Assembly: GCA_039621445.1 (NCBI GenBank)
Contig: CP154954.1
Location: 2,170,001-2,234,000, forward strand
Direction: 5' to 3'
Origin: Euglena gracilis
Lineage: Eukaryota
Length of the DNA: 64,000 nt
Of this stretch, positions 50,068-62,100 are shown piece after piece. The notes under the pieces are model-generated. The model had not been told where the DNA came from, did not search any database, and worked only from the letters and a program-made list of their open reading frames with translations. Position numbers and translations under genes: made by a program. Every line of letters begins with the position of its first letter. Position 1 is the first letter of the stretch.

Positions 50068-51153
50068 GCAGTAGCCGCAAGCCAAAGGCGGCCAAAGGTG
50101 GGTTAAATTGGGCGAGGTAGCCAAAAGTGGCCAAAAGTGGCCAAGAGGGCCAAAAGTTGTTCAAGTGGGTAAATGACCAAATGTGAATAAAAGTGGATGA
50201 AGTGTATGCAGATGCTGTATTGGATGCTCTGGAGGCAGGTATCTGAGTGAATGTGGGTACAAGAGGTACACCTCTAAGGGCTTCAAAGGTGATGCTGGGT
50301 GATGCTGGGCTCAAGGGCATGGGTGACCAGAGGTGCTTGGACGCAACCGCCCACGTGCCGCCGGTTGCAATGAAAAAAGGTCAGGGCAGTTTCACCCATT
50401 GAAAATTTGATCAAGAACTCAAATCAGAAGAACCAAATCAGCAAGTTTTGCAAAACTCAATTTTAATACAAAAATTTGAGCTGGGTAGCCCATTTGCAAC
50501 CCATTTCAGTAGTTTTTTTGGGGGGGGATTAGCAAAGGTCCACCAAAAATGGAAAATTGATGGAGTCTGCAACAACATTCCTCAAAGCAATTTTTTTAAA
50601 AAAATATCCAAAATGCAGTGATTTATGTCTTGCCCATATTTGGGTTCCAGTTGTTTTATCTGAAGCTGATCTTTATTTCAGGGGTGGGGGGTAGATGCAA
50701 AGGTGGCCTCAAAGGATGCCTCAACATATGTACTCAATGGCCAAACGTTCTCATTGGCACCAAAAAGTTAAATATAGCTTAAAATGCAGGAAAAATATGC
50801 CCTTCGACTGCGACGGAACGGGCCGCGTTAGTGAGCTCCAGATTCACACAACGCAGCTGGGTTGTCATTAAATTCAACGATGGTAGCATCTGCGTCTTGT
50901 CCTGCATCTGCATCTTGTCCAGTGGCTGCATGTTGTCAAGTGTCTGCATCCACTGCATCTTGTCCAGCATCTGCATCTTGTCCAGCATCTGCATCTTGTC
51001 CAGGATCTGCACCTTGCACAGCACCTTGTCCAGCATAACCTTATCCAATATTTGCGTCTTGCCTAACGTCTTCACACATTGGCTCCCAACCGAGCCAAAA
51101 CAACCACAAAAGCCCAAATGATCACAAAAAAACCCAAAATTGACCACAAAAAG

Positions 51154-51596
51154 CAGGGGGGGGGGAATGCGCTCACCCGGCCTCGGAAAAAATGCGCAAA
51201 AATGCGCATTTTTGGGAAAAAAATGCGCAAAAATGTGCAAAATCCGAGGAAAAATGCGTAAAAATCACGAAAATGCAAAAATTACCCAAAAACGTGCAAA
51301 AATGGCACCAAATTTGAAGAAATTATGTAGAATAATGAGGAAAATGTACGTTTCAAAAAAGTCAAAAATTTCATATTTTTGCAAAAAATTGCAAAAATGG
51401 TCAAAAAAATGCGAAAATTTTGGAAAATCACAAAAAAATGTGCCAAAAAGCTAAAAAATGTGCCGAAAAAAACGAAAAAAATGCGCAAAAAAATGCGAAA
51501 AAATGCGCAAAAATGCGCTTTTTTGGAAAATTTAAAAAAATGCGCAAAAAATGCGCAAAAATGCGAAAAAATGCGAAACGCATTTCCCCCCCCCTG
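51154..51596. mobile_element. MITE CAGGGGGGG..AATGCG with AAAATGCG subterminal repeats, 7-bp TSD
   Basis: cagggggggggg-aatgcg / cgcattt-ccccccccctg; caaaaag on both flanks. Confidence 0.85.
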
Positions 51597-51959
51597 CAAA
51601 AAGCAACAAAGGGCAACAAAAAAAAGACCTAAAATGGCTAGAAATAACCCAAAATTGCCCAAAACGCCAACAATGACCCCAAAAGGTTGTGAAAAATGAC
51701 CCAAAATTACCAAAAAGGCGCAAAATGGCCAAAATGCCATAAATATGCTTATGTTGACCCAAATTAGCCTAATATTTGCCAAGGTCAGTGACAAATAGCC
51801 CCCAAATTAGTAAAGGTTGATCCAAAATGGACAAAATGGGTGAAAAACTAGAGATTTGTGGGAAAATTTGTGGGAAATGGGTTCAATTCTTCAAAAAAAA
51901 ATACAAAAAAATGCCAGCATCGCCCAGCATCATCAGAGGTGCTTGGTTACGTCCTACAG

Positions 51960-52178
51960 CAGGGGTTTTTTTAAAGACTGGGGGGGGTCCCGGGGAACGG
52001 ACCCACAAAAAATGGCCGAAAATCGCGAAAAGTGCTAAAAATAGCATTTCTCGGCGCCTGTGGCGCCGAAAAGTATATCCCACCCCCCTCTGGGGGGACC
52101 CCCCCCCGGGGGGGGGGGGCTCGGCCGGACCCACCCACCTTACCCCCCCCCGGGGTCCACGACTAAAAAAAACCCCTG
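51960..52178. mobile_element. MITE CAGGGGTTTTTTT, 7-bp TSD
   Basis: caggggttttttt / aaaaaaacccctg; cctacag on both flanks. Confidence 0.85.
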
Positions 52179-53760
52179 CCTACAGCCTATGTTGCGTCCG
52201 ACAGCAATGATCAATGGGTGTTTCTTTGGCCGCTCTGGTTTTTTCACGCCAAAATTTGGATTTCACATCAGAGTTAGGCGCTTCTCCTGCTCATGGAGAC
52301 TTGCATTCCCTCGAACTTAAAGCTCTCGTGTGTCTTTCAATCCAACCATTTCAAAAGAAATACACTTTTGGGGGGTTTGGTGTTTGTTTTTCTGCAAACG
52401 CCCAGGGTTTAAAACACGTCTGAAGCCAAAAAATATTTAGGCAATGTATTATTCTCTTCAAACTTATCTTCTCTTTTCAAGCAAATCTTCTCAAACAACC
52501 ATGATGCTTGTATTAAGGTGTTGAACAAGCAAATCTGCGAAACCCCATGTTTTGATGTTTGTTTCAGCACGACTCCACGACTTGTAGCAGATGGCTGGAG
52601 GGTGTAACCCCCGTAACACTATGAATCCTATATTTGCGGCGAAGCCAACAATAATGCAAGCAACCAAAGACAGGACTAATACCTTCCCTAATGTCAGCAT
52701 GGGTGCGCTCATGGCGGACCGGCGCGGCCGGTGCCAACACCAACCACAATGCAAATAGAAAGCCCCCCAGGTTCTCTTCCAAAAACGACAGCCCCCCTCC
52801 CCAATCCTGTCTCCACACTTTGATAAGAAATACAGTGGGGATTGACAAAAACTTTGAAATATCCCCCGTTGGCCGTTGGGGTTGTTTGGGTGTCGTTTTT
52901 TTATACAGCAACACAAAAAATGCTGGCGCTTGCTATGCATTGACAGCCGGTTCAATGTTCAATGCTCGAGCAGGAGTGTTCATCCTTCATGCCCATTGTT
53001 GCTGAGATAGCCCCCCAAACCCCGCAAATAAGACCTCGGGTCTTCTTTTTCGGTGCTGTTTTAGGGGGCTTTATTTTTCGCGAGGGGTCTATCCTATGTG
53101 ACCATTCCACCAATGTGACCACAACAACCCTGTGGTCTTCTTCTGGGTAGAAAAGCAAAGCAATACAAAACAACACAACAACGGCTCTTGGCATGGCGTA
53201 CAGGTCGCACCCTTCAGCGCCATAACCGGAGAAAGACTTGCGTTTGCACTTGGGCGGGTCGCGATGGATCTTGGCATACAACTGCAACATCAGGCAGCCC
53301 CCAGTGCAGTCCACAGGGGTTGTTGCTTCATAGCTAGGAATCGGGCTGGCTGCAAATTATGATGGCAAGCAGCCCCCCCACCCCCAGGAGGGCTGTACCT
53401 GAGCAAAGCTGCAGAAGCCTGAATTGCAACTGCCAAGAAAACGCCAAGCAAAAAAATATTTTTCAGGGAAACGGTGTGTCCAACACCCAACCCCCCAAAA
53501 CCCCATTTTGGACCATTATGACCATAGATTATGACCCTCAAGAGGCCAGCTGGGCTTATGTCGGGGGAGCTGGATTTGGGCAATTTTACCAATTTTTGGG
53601 CACCATCTTGGTCCAGCCCGGGATCGAGTAGGATCCCCCCCCCCCCCCCCGAACCCCCCCCCCATGGGTCCAGCCAGCAGTTTTTTCCAGCCAGCTAGCA
53701 GGTTCTCCCCCCAGGGGGCTCTTCAGCCTCAGGAGGAAAGCTCTGCTTAACGCACAATGA

Positions 53761-54310
53761 GTTAAGACTAACAAAGAAACACGTCTGTGGGCAAATGCTG
53801 GTGTTGAAGAACTATGCATTCCACCTGCCATTTAAGAACTACGCATTCTGGTCTTTGCAAGATGATTCACTGAAGTTATGAACACAACTAACACAAACAG
53901 GGCAGCCTCACATCAGATCCCAGGGCTGTGGTATGATGGGGGGGGTTGTCATCGCTTGCATGGGTTCCAGGAATCCCCAAACTCACCGGTCCAGAAGCGG
54001 AGTCAATAAAACTGGGGTGAGGATTACAATTTTGGGCCTGGAAAACGACGTGAATCAATTTCTTATCACCATGCCAAAGGCACTATTGATGCAAGATTAG
54101 CTCTTGGGGATTCATTTCTTGGTTTCAAAAATGTCTATGATATGGTTTGACTTGGGAAAAAGAAAATATCTTCGAAATCGATTTCTGAATGGCCACAACA
54201 ATATTGCACCGTATTTCTCCACCAAATAAAAATCATTTGGCAAGATTCAGACACTTCTGAATCCACTCAATTTCTTGAGGAAAAATTGACTGCTTTGTTT
54301 ATAAATGTGG
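53761..54310 (+). pseudogene. Decayed coding frame of unknown product
   Basis: About 180 codons in one frame with four stops (TAA, TGA, TAA, TGA), each explicable as CAA/CGA C-to-T; protein-like composition (VKTNKETRLWANAGVEELCIPP...SYHHAKGTIDARLALGDSFLGFKNVYDMV). Confidence 0.35.
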
Positions 54311-54582
54311 GGTTTTTGGGCCTGTTTGACGATTTTTTTGGGGGGGCTGTTCACAAGCCGCCTTTGTAAACACAGCCTTAGATGAACCACTGTGTTTCAA
54401 AACTCAAGCTTTGGCATGCCAAAGGCTGTGTTTAACCCTTTGACCAAAAACATACTGCCATAAACCTTAGAAATTCCCTGTCCCCAATGACCTGTGATTC
54501 TCCACAATTTCCTTGAAGGCCTCCGATATCAATTTCCCCCTCTGCAAAAAAAAAAAAATTGATTTTGCTAATGTCACCTGAT

Positions 54583-54762
54583 CAGGCTTCTTTTCAAGAC
54601 TCCCCGGGCGGGGGGGGGGTCCCTCCACTCACCCAGCCCAATGCGGGACCACCCTGGGGGGGGGACCCAAAAACGGGCCGTCTGAGGGCATTCCCAAAGT
54701 TTTTGGCGCGTCCGGCCCAGACCCACCCCCCCCCACCTTCTTCTGACTTAAAAAGAAGCCTG
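54583..54762. mobile_element. MITE related to family B, 8-bp TSD
   Basis: caggcttctttt / aaaagaagcctg; flanks cacctgat / cacctgag. Confidence 0.85.
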
Positions 54763-56196
54763 CACCTGAGTTGCTGCATTGTTCCCAGAAAAGTTCAAGG
54801 AGAATTATGATGGCTTGCAGTTTTTTCGGGTGAATATCTGCGGGCTGAATGCCACACACTCAAGTTGCCTGACAACTTCACCACAGATCTCTTGAGGCAC
54901 CCCCTGGGGTTGCTACAGCCAACTGTGACTCCAGCCCAGCGGGTCGTTGAAGTTATCCAAAAAATTTGAGGTGGAAGCTCTCGAAGCCCTTCAAAATGGC
55001 AAAGTTTTGACCAATTATGACCCCCTGTTCATAATCTTTCTGCAACATGGGAAACTTTTTTCTATCCAGCTGGGCTGGTCAAACTTTATTTACGTCCAAC
55101 CCCCAGGGGGTCCGGTCCGCAGCCCAGCAGGAAGCTCCTGGCCGGAAAAAAATGCTGGGTGGCTAACCCCCCTCCTGGAGTTTAGGGTGCCCTCCGGCTT
55201 AAGAAGCTCCCTGATTTGGGAGGTTGCGGAAGATTGCAGAGTATTGCGAAAAGTTGCGGAAAATTTTGAGAAATTGCACAAAATGGAGAAAAGTGTGGTT
55301 AATTGAGAAATCAACATCCCCCTCGCAGCAGTTGTATCTTTGCTTTCACTCGACCATCCCCTCCCTTGCCACATTTGTTTGGTAGATGCAAAGCCTTCTC
55401 CTGCAGAAAGCACTTTTCACAATCCGTAACTTTCCCCATTCCGTTCGCGTGAACGTAGACTCTTGGCGAGTCATCAGCTCAACGTAGGTCTCATCCACCC
55501 AACTGCTCGACCGCATTCAGGGGGAAAAACCTTCAAAAAAAATTGCCAAACAGAAAATTCTTGCACTCTGCTGCCACAAATCCCCGGAGGCTTGCCTGGG
55601 CGAAATATTCCACTTGGTGACTGCTGTGGTGACAACGTTGTTGGCGGCTGGCGTCAGCTCCTCGTGCAACCCGTCAACATTGTCCCCCTTGCTAAAACCC
55701 CCTTGATGGAACTGCAAGAGTAACTCCCCCCCCCATCACTGACCCCCCGGGGTTAGTGGGATCTGGTTTGCTTGGTTGGTCGAAAGGGAGGGGGTTGGAG
55801 GTGGGGGGTTTTAAGTGGTCATCGTTGGGCACAGTGATGGTGGATCCATGGGATAATGGATTGTTGGGCAAAAAAAAACGACAAAAGAATTGAACAAAAT
55901 TTGGTTTCAGGGACAAATCAATTGCAAGAAGCGGATTTTTTTGCAGGCAAACCAATTCCCAGCAAACAAAAAACACAAAAAGAACAAGAAAAAATCAAAC
56001 AAAACACAAACTTTGCCAAAATTGAAAAAAATAATTCCCTGTTTCGTTCCCCAAAGATGGGGGGTGAACTTTGGGCCCATCCAACCACATCAGATCACTA
56101 CAAAATGCCATGTTACCCGTATCTTTAACCCCCAAGGGTTCGATATAAGGGCAGGGGGGTGTCCAGCCCCCCTCCAGTCAAGGAGGGGGAGGGGTG

Positions 56197-59100
56197 ACCA
56201 TGCTCCTTGTGTCGAACCCTGACCCCCAACAGGCTTCTTTTTAAGACCCCCAGGGGGGGAGGGGGGGTCCCCCCACCCATCCAGGGTGGCGCCGGACCCC
56301 CCCCCCGGGGGGGGGGGCGGGGACCCCCCAAAATCGGGCCCGTTAAAGGCAATTTTCAGAAAATTTTGGCGCTTCGCGCCGAAAAGGTATACCCGGCGCC
56401 TCTGGCGTGGGACCCCCCACCCGGGGGGGTCTTCTGAGTTAAAAAAAGAAGCCTGACCCCCAACGCCGATCCACAATACCATCTGCACCACGTTCCACAA
56501 GATGCCAATGCATGGTTTCGTGTATTACTCGCATTTCTCCCGTGTGAGTGGGTCTGGGTGTGGGCGTGGGACAGGCCAGCAGTCAGCAACTGTCTGGAGC
56601 GCCACGCCGGGCTGATATACCGGTTGAGGGGCTGCAGCTCCCCATTCTGCAGGAAGGCCTCCCGCAGCTCCGGGGGGATCGCCTTCGGTGGGCGCGGCGG
56701 TGGGGCCACGGGACAGGGCGGGGCGGACCGGATGACACCTTCGGTGGGGGCTTCCCAGGTGGTGGGGTGGCCTGGTGGTCGGACCGCCCGGCCGAGGGAC
56801 AGGGGGGGGGTTGACCCCACCCACCTGCCACCCACAGGGTTTCAGGGGCCCCCGCACAGCCCTGCCGGGAGGGGAAGGGGGTTGAGAAAGTCGGGCAACT
56901 CCATGCATTGATTCCCAAACAGATCCACAAGGGAGACCAGGTGGTCCAGATGCGTCCCAAAAAACCCCTTCCATGTTCCAGCACAGATGATCCAACAGAC
57001 CGGGGGGGGGGGAGGTCTGGGACACCCCAAACTTCTTAAAAAATAAACGAGCCAATTCGTGACCCAAAAATGACACCACCCCGAAACAAACCAAACTCCA
57101 AATCCCAAAATATAACCCAATTCATGCTTTAGACCCAATTATCCAAAAAAAAATGGCAAAATTGCCAAATTCGCAGTTTGAGGGCTTTTTAAAAAAAATC
57201 CAGTTGCAAACCTTTTGTTTAGGTTAGGCAATGAAGGTTGGCCTCCGAAACCCCCCCCCCGAAACGGTCGATCCAGGTCAAAACAACCCAGACGATCCAG
57301 TTCCTCGGGGGGAGGGGGTCTCGACCACCCGTTTGTTTACCCTCCAAGGATGAACGTCCACACTAGATAATCCCTGCTAGGGTCCGGGGGACTGCGCTGG
57401 TACCTGAAACCCTCGCCAAATCCCACAGAAAAAAAAAGTGCAACAAAATGTTCAAAAATCCTTCCACGGTAGGATTTTGGGCAATTGTTGCCCCGTTTCT
57501 CCGCGAGCTGCTGGCCCGATTGGCAATTTTTTCGCCTGGTTGGAAGAGCAAACAGACTCCCACCAAAAGAGCCCTGAACTTCTTGGAATTTCTGGATGTC
57601 CACTGATTCTTTCGGTGCTTGCAAAAGGCAGTTCAGTGAGTGTAGACAGCCTTTGGTGGGGTCAGTGTGAAAAGCAAAAATAAATGAAATGAACAGAAAG
57701 CCGTTCACAAAAAAATGTCAGTGAAGACAAGAATATGAAACTGTCCAGCTGCTTCACGTTTCCCCCAAGCAGCTCCGACCTCCTTCTCGAGTGATCTCAA
57801 CCCCGGGCGGGGCCCCAATTAGACAGGCCTAGCCCAGGGCTCCAAATTCAAAAAGGCAAAATGCATTTTTCGACTGTTTGGTTTTTTTTTGGGTGGGCAA
57901 TGCTCGAAGGATGCAAGAAACCAATTTTTCTCCCATGTCCACCTGTATGAGCTGAGAACTTTCGGGTTTTTTTGCCCATTCTTTTGGCAGACCTTTTCAA
58001 TTTATTTTAAGAGAAAGTCGAATGCCCTGGATCAGAAAAAATTCCACGTTCAGGATGACCCTGCTTCAGGGGGGGGGGAGGGCTGTTATCTGATTCTTTT
58101 TGCAGGCCCACCAGAGCGTGGCGTATGGAGAGGCTGCTATTAAAATGCTGTTTTCAAACGGTTTGAAAATTTTTTTCGCCCATGTCCCAAACATATCCAG
58201 GGCCATGGTGCAGCTGTTTCAGGTCACCACAGGTTTCTTTTTGCCCCGCCGAGAAATTATTCAGCATTTCAGCACAACAGGTATGAGCCAAAACAAATAC
58301 AATCAGCACATCAAGAGTTTCCTCTCAAGTGGGCTGTTGGGTGGGCATCTCAAAATTGGAGAATAAACCCAAAATTTTCAACAATGCATCTCAGATCAAG
58401 GCTTAATTCAGGTCCTGAGGGCTGAATTTCAACCCCTGAAATGTCGTGGCAATAAGGCACACGTGGTCTAAAATGCAAAACGTTTTCAAATTGAGATCTC
58501 AAAAAAGGCTCAGAAAAGACATAAACAAAGAAGAATGAAATATTCTGAAAAAAAAGCAAACCAGAAAACCCCATGAAAAAAAGCAGAGAAAAGCAACTAG
58601 CCTTTTTGCAGGATTTTTGGCATTCCGGTTTGTTTTCATTGGCAACAAGGAAATTCAAATAACCCCGCCCCCCCCACCCAAACAAGGCCCAGGTCTTATT
58701 CTGGGTCTGTTGCTGGACACTTCCAGGGGGGGGGTCTTATTTTTCTGGGGGTCTTTTTTTCAGATTTTTTTTGACCAATCTGGGCGCGAAAAAATTATCG
58801 GTTTTTAAGTTCCAAAAGCACCAAAAAATTTTCCTTCGGCGCTTAACGCCATGTGTAATCAGTGCAATTTGACATTTGCCATGTTTTTTTTTGACTCAAA
58901 AATCCCCAAAAAATTGAAATTACATCATTTTTGCATTTGAAATTGGGGGTTTGGTAATTTTCAGAGAAAACCTTACCGTCTCCGGCGTTTCGTGCTGTCA
59001 GGGGAGATGCTATTTTGGAGTCGTATTTTTGGATTTTTGCTCAACCAGCCCAGGAGGGTCTTGGGGGTCTTATTATTTTGGGGGTCCTGTTAGCGAGTCA

Positions 59101-62100
59101 ATTGGATTTCCAGGACTAGGGGAGCCCAGGTAGAGGGGGGGGGGGGGCTGGGATCCCCCCTGTTCACTGATGTTGACTTTCCGGAGAGGGGGGGGGGGGG
59201 GGGGGCCGGCGCCGAAGGCGCCGATTTTTTTTGAAAAATTGCCTTAATCGGTGTGCGCCCGTCGTTCCGGTTTTTGGTTTTTTCCCCGAAGTGAACAAGT
59301 ACGGCCAGGTACACGGGGGGGGGGGGGGGTCTCAGGACTCCCTGTTCACTTCCGAAGTGAACTGAACAAGGGGAGGCGGGGGGGTTCCGGGGTCCCGAAG
59401 TGGACTACCTGGCCTCCAAGGGGTTCAACCCCCTCCCAAAGGGGGAGACACAACCCCATCAGCTTTCTGCGAACGGGTCTGCCACGGGTGGACGGCATCT
59501 TGCAGAATGGCTGCACAATGGAACCTCTTGTGCAGCAGCGGGAAGAACTCCCCCGGTTCCTTGCTCACTATGCTGCCGACCCACGATGGCCCTGAACAGC
59601 CCGTCGAGTGTTTCACGGAGAGTACTGGTGCCCATCGATGGGCATGACCACCAGTCATCGTTGGCTGTTTTTAACCTGCCTGAGTTCAACCTTCTTTCCT
59701 CCTTTTTGAAAGTCCACTTTGGAGTGATTTTGTCCACATCGCCTGCAGTCCTGAAAAATAATTAACCACCCCCCCCACTTTATTTGAGCACACCCACGGG
59801 CCAAAGGACCCCCCAAATGCTCAAATAAGGAGGGGGGTCAAATAAGGGGGGGGGGTCAAAAATTTCTTTAGAAATTGGGCAAAAAAATTTCGGTGCCTTC
59901 GGCGCATGAAAAAAAATTTTCCCCGGACCCAAATGCTCAATTAAGGGGGGGGGCCGAATAAAGGGGGGGGGGTATGCCCCCACACCAAAATGATGACGTC
60001 TCCAAAAAGCTTGACTTTGCATTTTTTTTGATATTTTTTCTGATTGTGTTGTTTGCTATTTGTTTCATTCACTCCTCATATTGCTCTTTTCTTGCAAAAT
60101 GCTCAGCACCATTGAAAACCAGGTGGGTGAGGTAGCAGACGTTGAGGTTCGGCACTCCCCCAACGCAACGGAAATATGGAGCTGGGGCATAAAAAAATTT
60201 GAACGGGCATTGGCATTGGAGAGCATTAAGGAAGGAATGCGCAACAAATGCGCGAAAGGCGCCAGGACATCAACACTCCGAGAAAATCCGACAATTAACA
60301 ATGCTAGAAAAGCATGGAGGAGGAACATATCCTGCAAAAAAATTAAAAAAAAACACACGGCGACTCTCTCGGGGGGGGGGCGTGGGTGTCTGGTGGATGA
60401 ATTTTTTTGGTCCCAAATGAGGGTTTTTGCAACATTTCTGGCCCAACGGGCCAAACATTAAAAAAAACTGCCACATTTGCAAAACTCCAAAACTTCCTTC
60501 AAAAATCAAATTTTCAATTTTGGATGAATTTGGGGAAAATCACCAATTCTGAAAAAAATTGTGAACATGCTCTTTTGTCATTTTACCATTTGTCATTATC
60601 TTATTTTTGCGGTTCTTTGTGTTTTTTTTGCCCTTTGGTGACTTTTAAAAAATAGCAATAATCAAAATTCAGGCGTTTTCGGCGGCATAAGAGTGACCTT
60701 CAGCAAAAATATTTTACACCATAACTTTGGCGGTTGGCCTGACATGGCGTGGCGATGGGGTAAAATGGCATGGTGAGGGGTTGGTGGGGGGGGGGGTTGT
60801 GTGCCGACCCAGGGTTGCATATAGGTATAGGTATAGGTATAGGTATAGGTATAGGTATAGCTATATAGGTATAGGTTTGGGAAAAGACCTACTGGAGGGA
60901 TGAAAATACCGCGCAGCATTAATTACCGATTGGATTAATTCCGCTCCTGGGCGAGTTTCTGTAACTGGCGATCTGGGCATTTTTCTGGCACGGCGGCCGG
61001 AATTAGGATCAGGCAAAAATTAATCTGGATCGTGGAGTACGTTTTTTTTGTCTCACAGACGCCTGACGATCAGGCGCTTTATTAAAGAGCGGTATTAATC
61101 CTTTCGGTATTACTACCGAGCGGTATTTTAATCCCCCCGGTATACCTATATGTCGACAACCTATACCTATACCTATACCCATATGTCACGTATATGTCTC
61201 CAAAAAATCCCTACCCCATCTCAAAACCTTCGCACACATAAATGTGATCGGATCGGATCATCGACTGATTCTTGTGTCAGAAGTGCCAAAACAGCGAGAC
61301 AAAATCGGCAGAAAGATGGTGAAAATAAAAATGGCAAATTCAGCCAATTCTTGGGCAACAGGTGGTTTGCTTTGCCAATACAAAATTGGGTGGTAAAAAT
61401 AACATCGTCACAAAAGGGGTTCATTCTGAGAGTGTGATCTTGGGGTGCAAGTCCGTTCTCCATTGAAATTCCGGCGTAAAAGAGAGTTTGGACTTTTTTT
61501 TGCAAACAGGATTTGCACCCCAAATACAAATTCAGCTGGCTTCGAAAACTCAGATTCACAACACGTTTGGCCTCGGTCAAACGATCAGAAGGCCACAAGG
61601 AAACATCTCGATTGTATGCATCTGCACTCTTTGGTTTTTTCAAACTACCACCCCACCAACGCCCTGAAAACCCCCTAGGGGGTGTCATTTATGGGGGGGT
61701 GTCACTTGGGGGTGTTGGGGTCGCGGGGGGGGGTCGCGGGGGGGAAATGGGTTTTGCGGCAGGTCACGTGTGACTTGTGTGACATCATCGTATCCTCTAA
61801 GTTAAGATCCCAATTAGGAATTTGCGTGCCATTTGGGCCCCGCGACCCCCCCGCGACCCCCCCCGCGACCCCCCCGCGACCCCACCCTGAGCCCGATTCG
61901 GCTTTCCAAAAAGGACAAAAAATTGCATTAATTAGGAATTTGCCACTCAATTAGGAATCAAAAACATGAAAAATTGGCCCCAAATTCCTAATTGGACCTA
62001 TTTTTGGAGGAACACCCCCCTATGTGGGGTCCCCAAAAAAGCAAGGCAAACCCCTTGGGCAGGTCATCGTCTGAAAAAAATTCCAACCTGGGAAGGAGTA

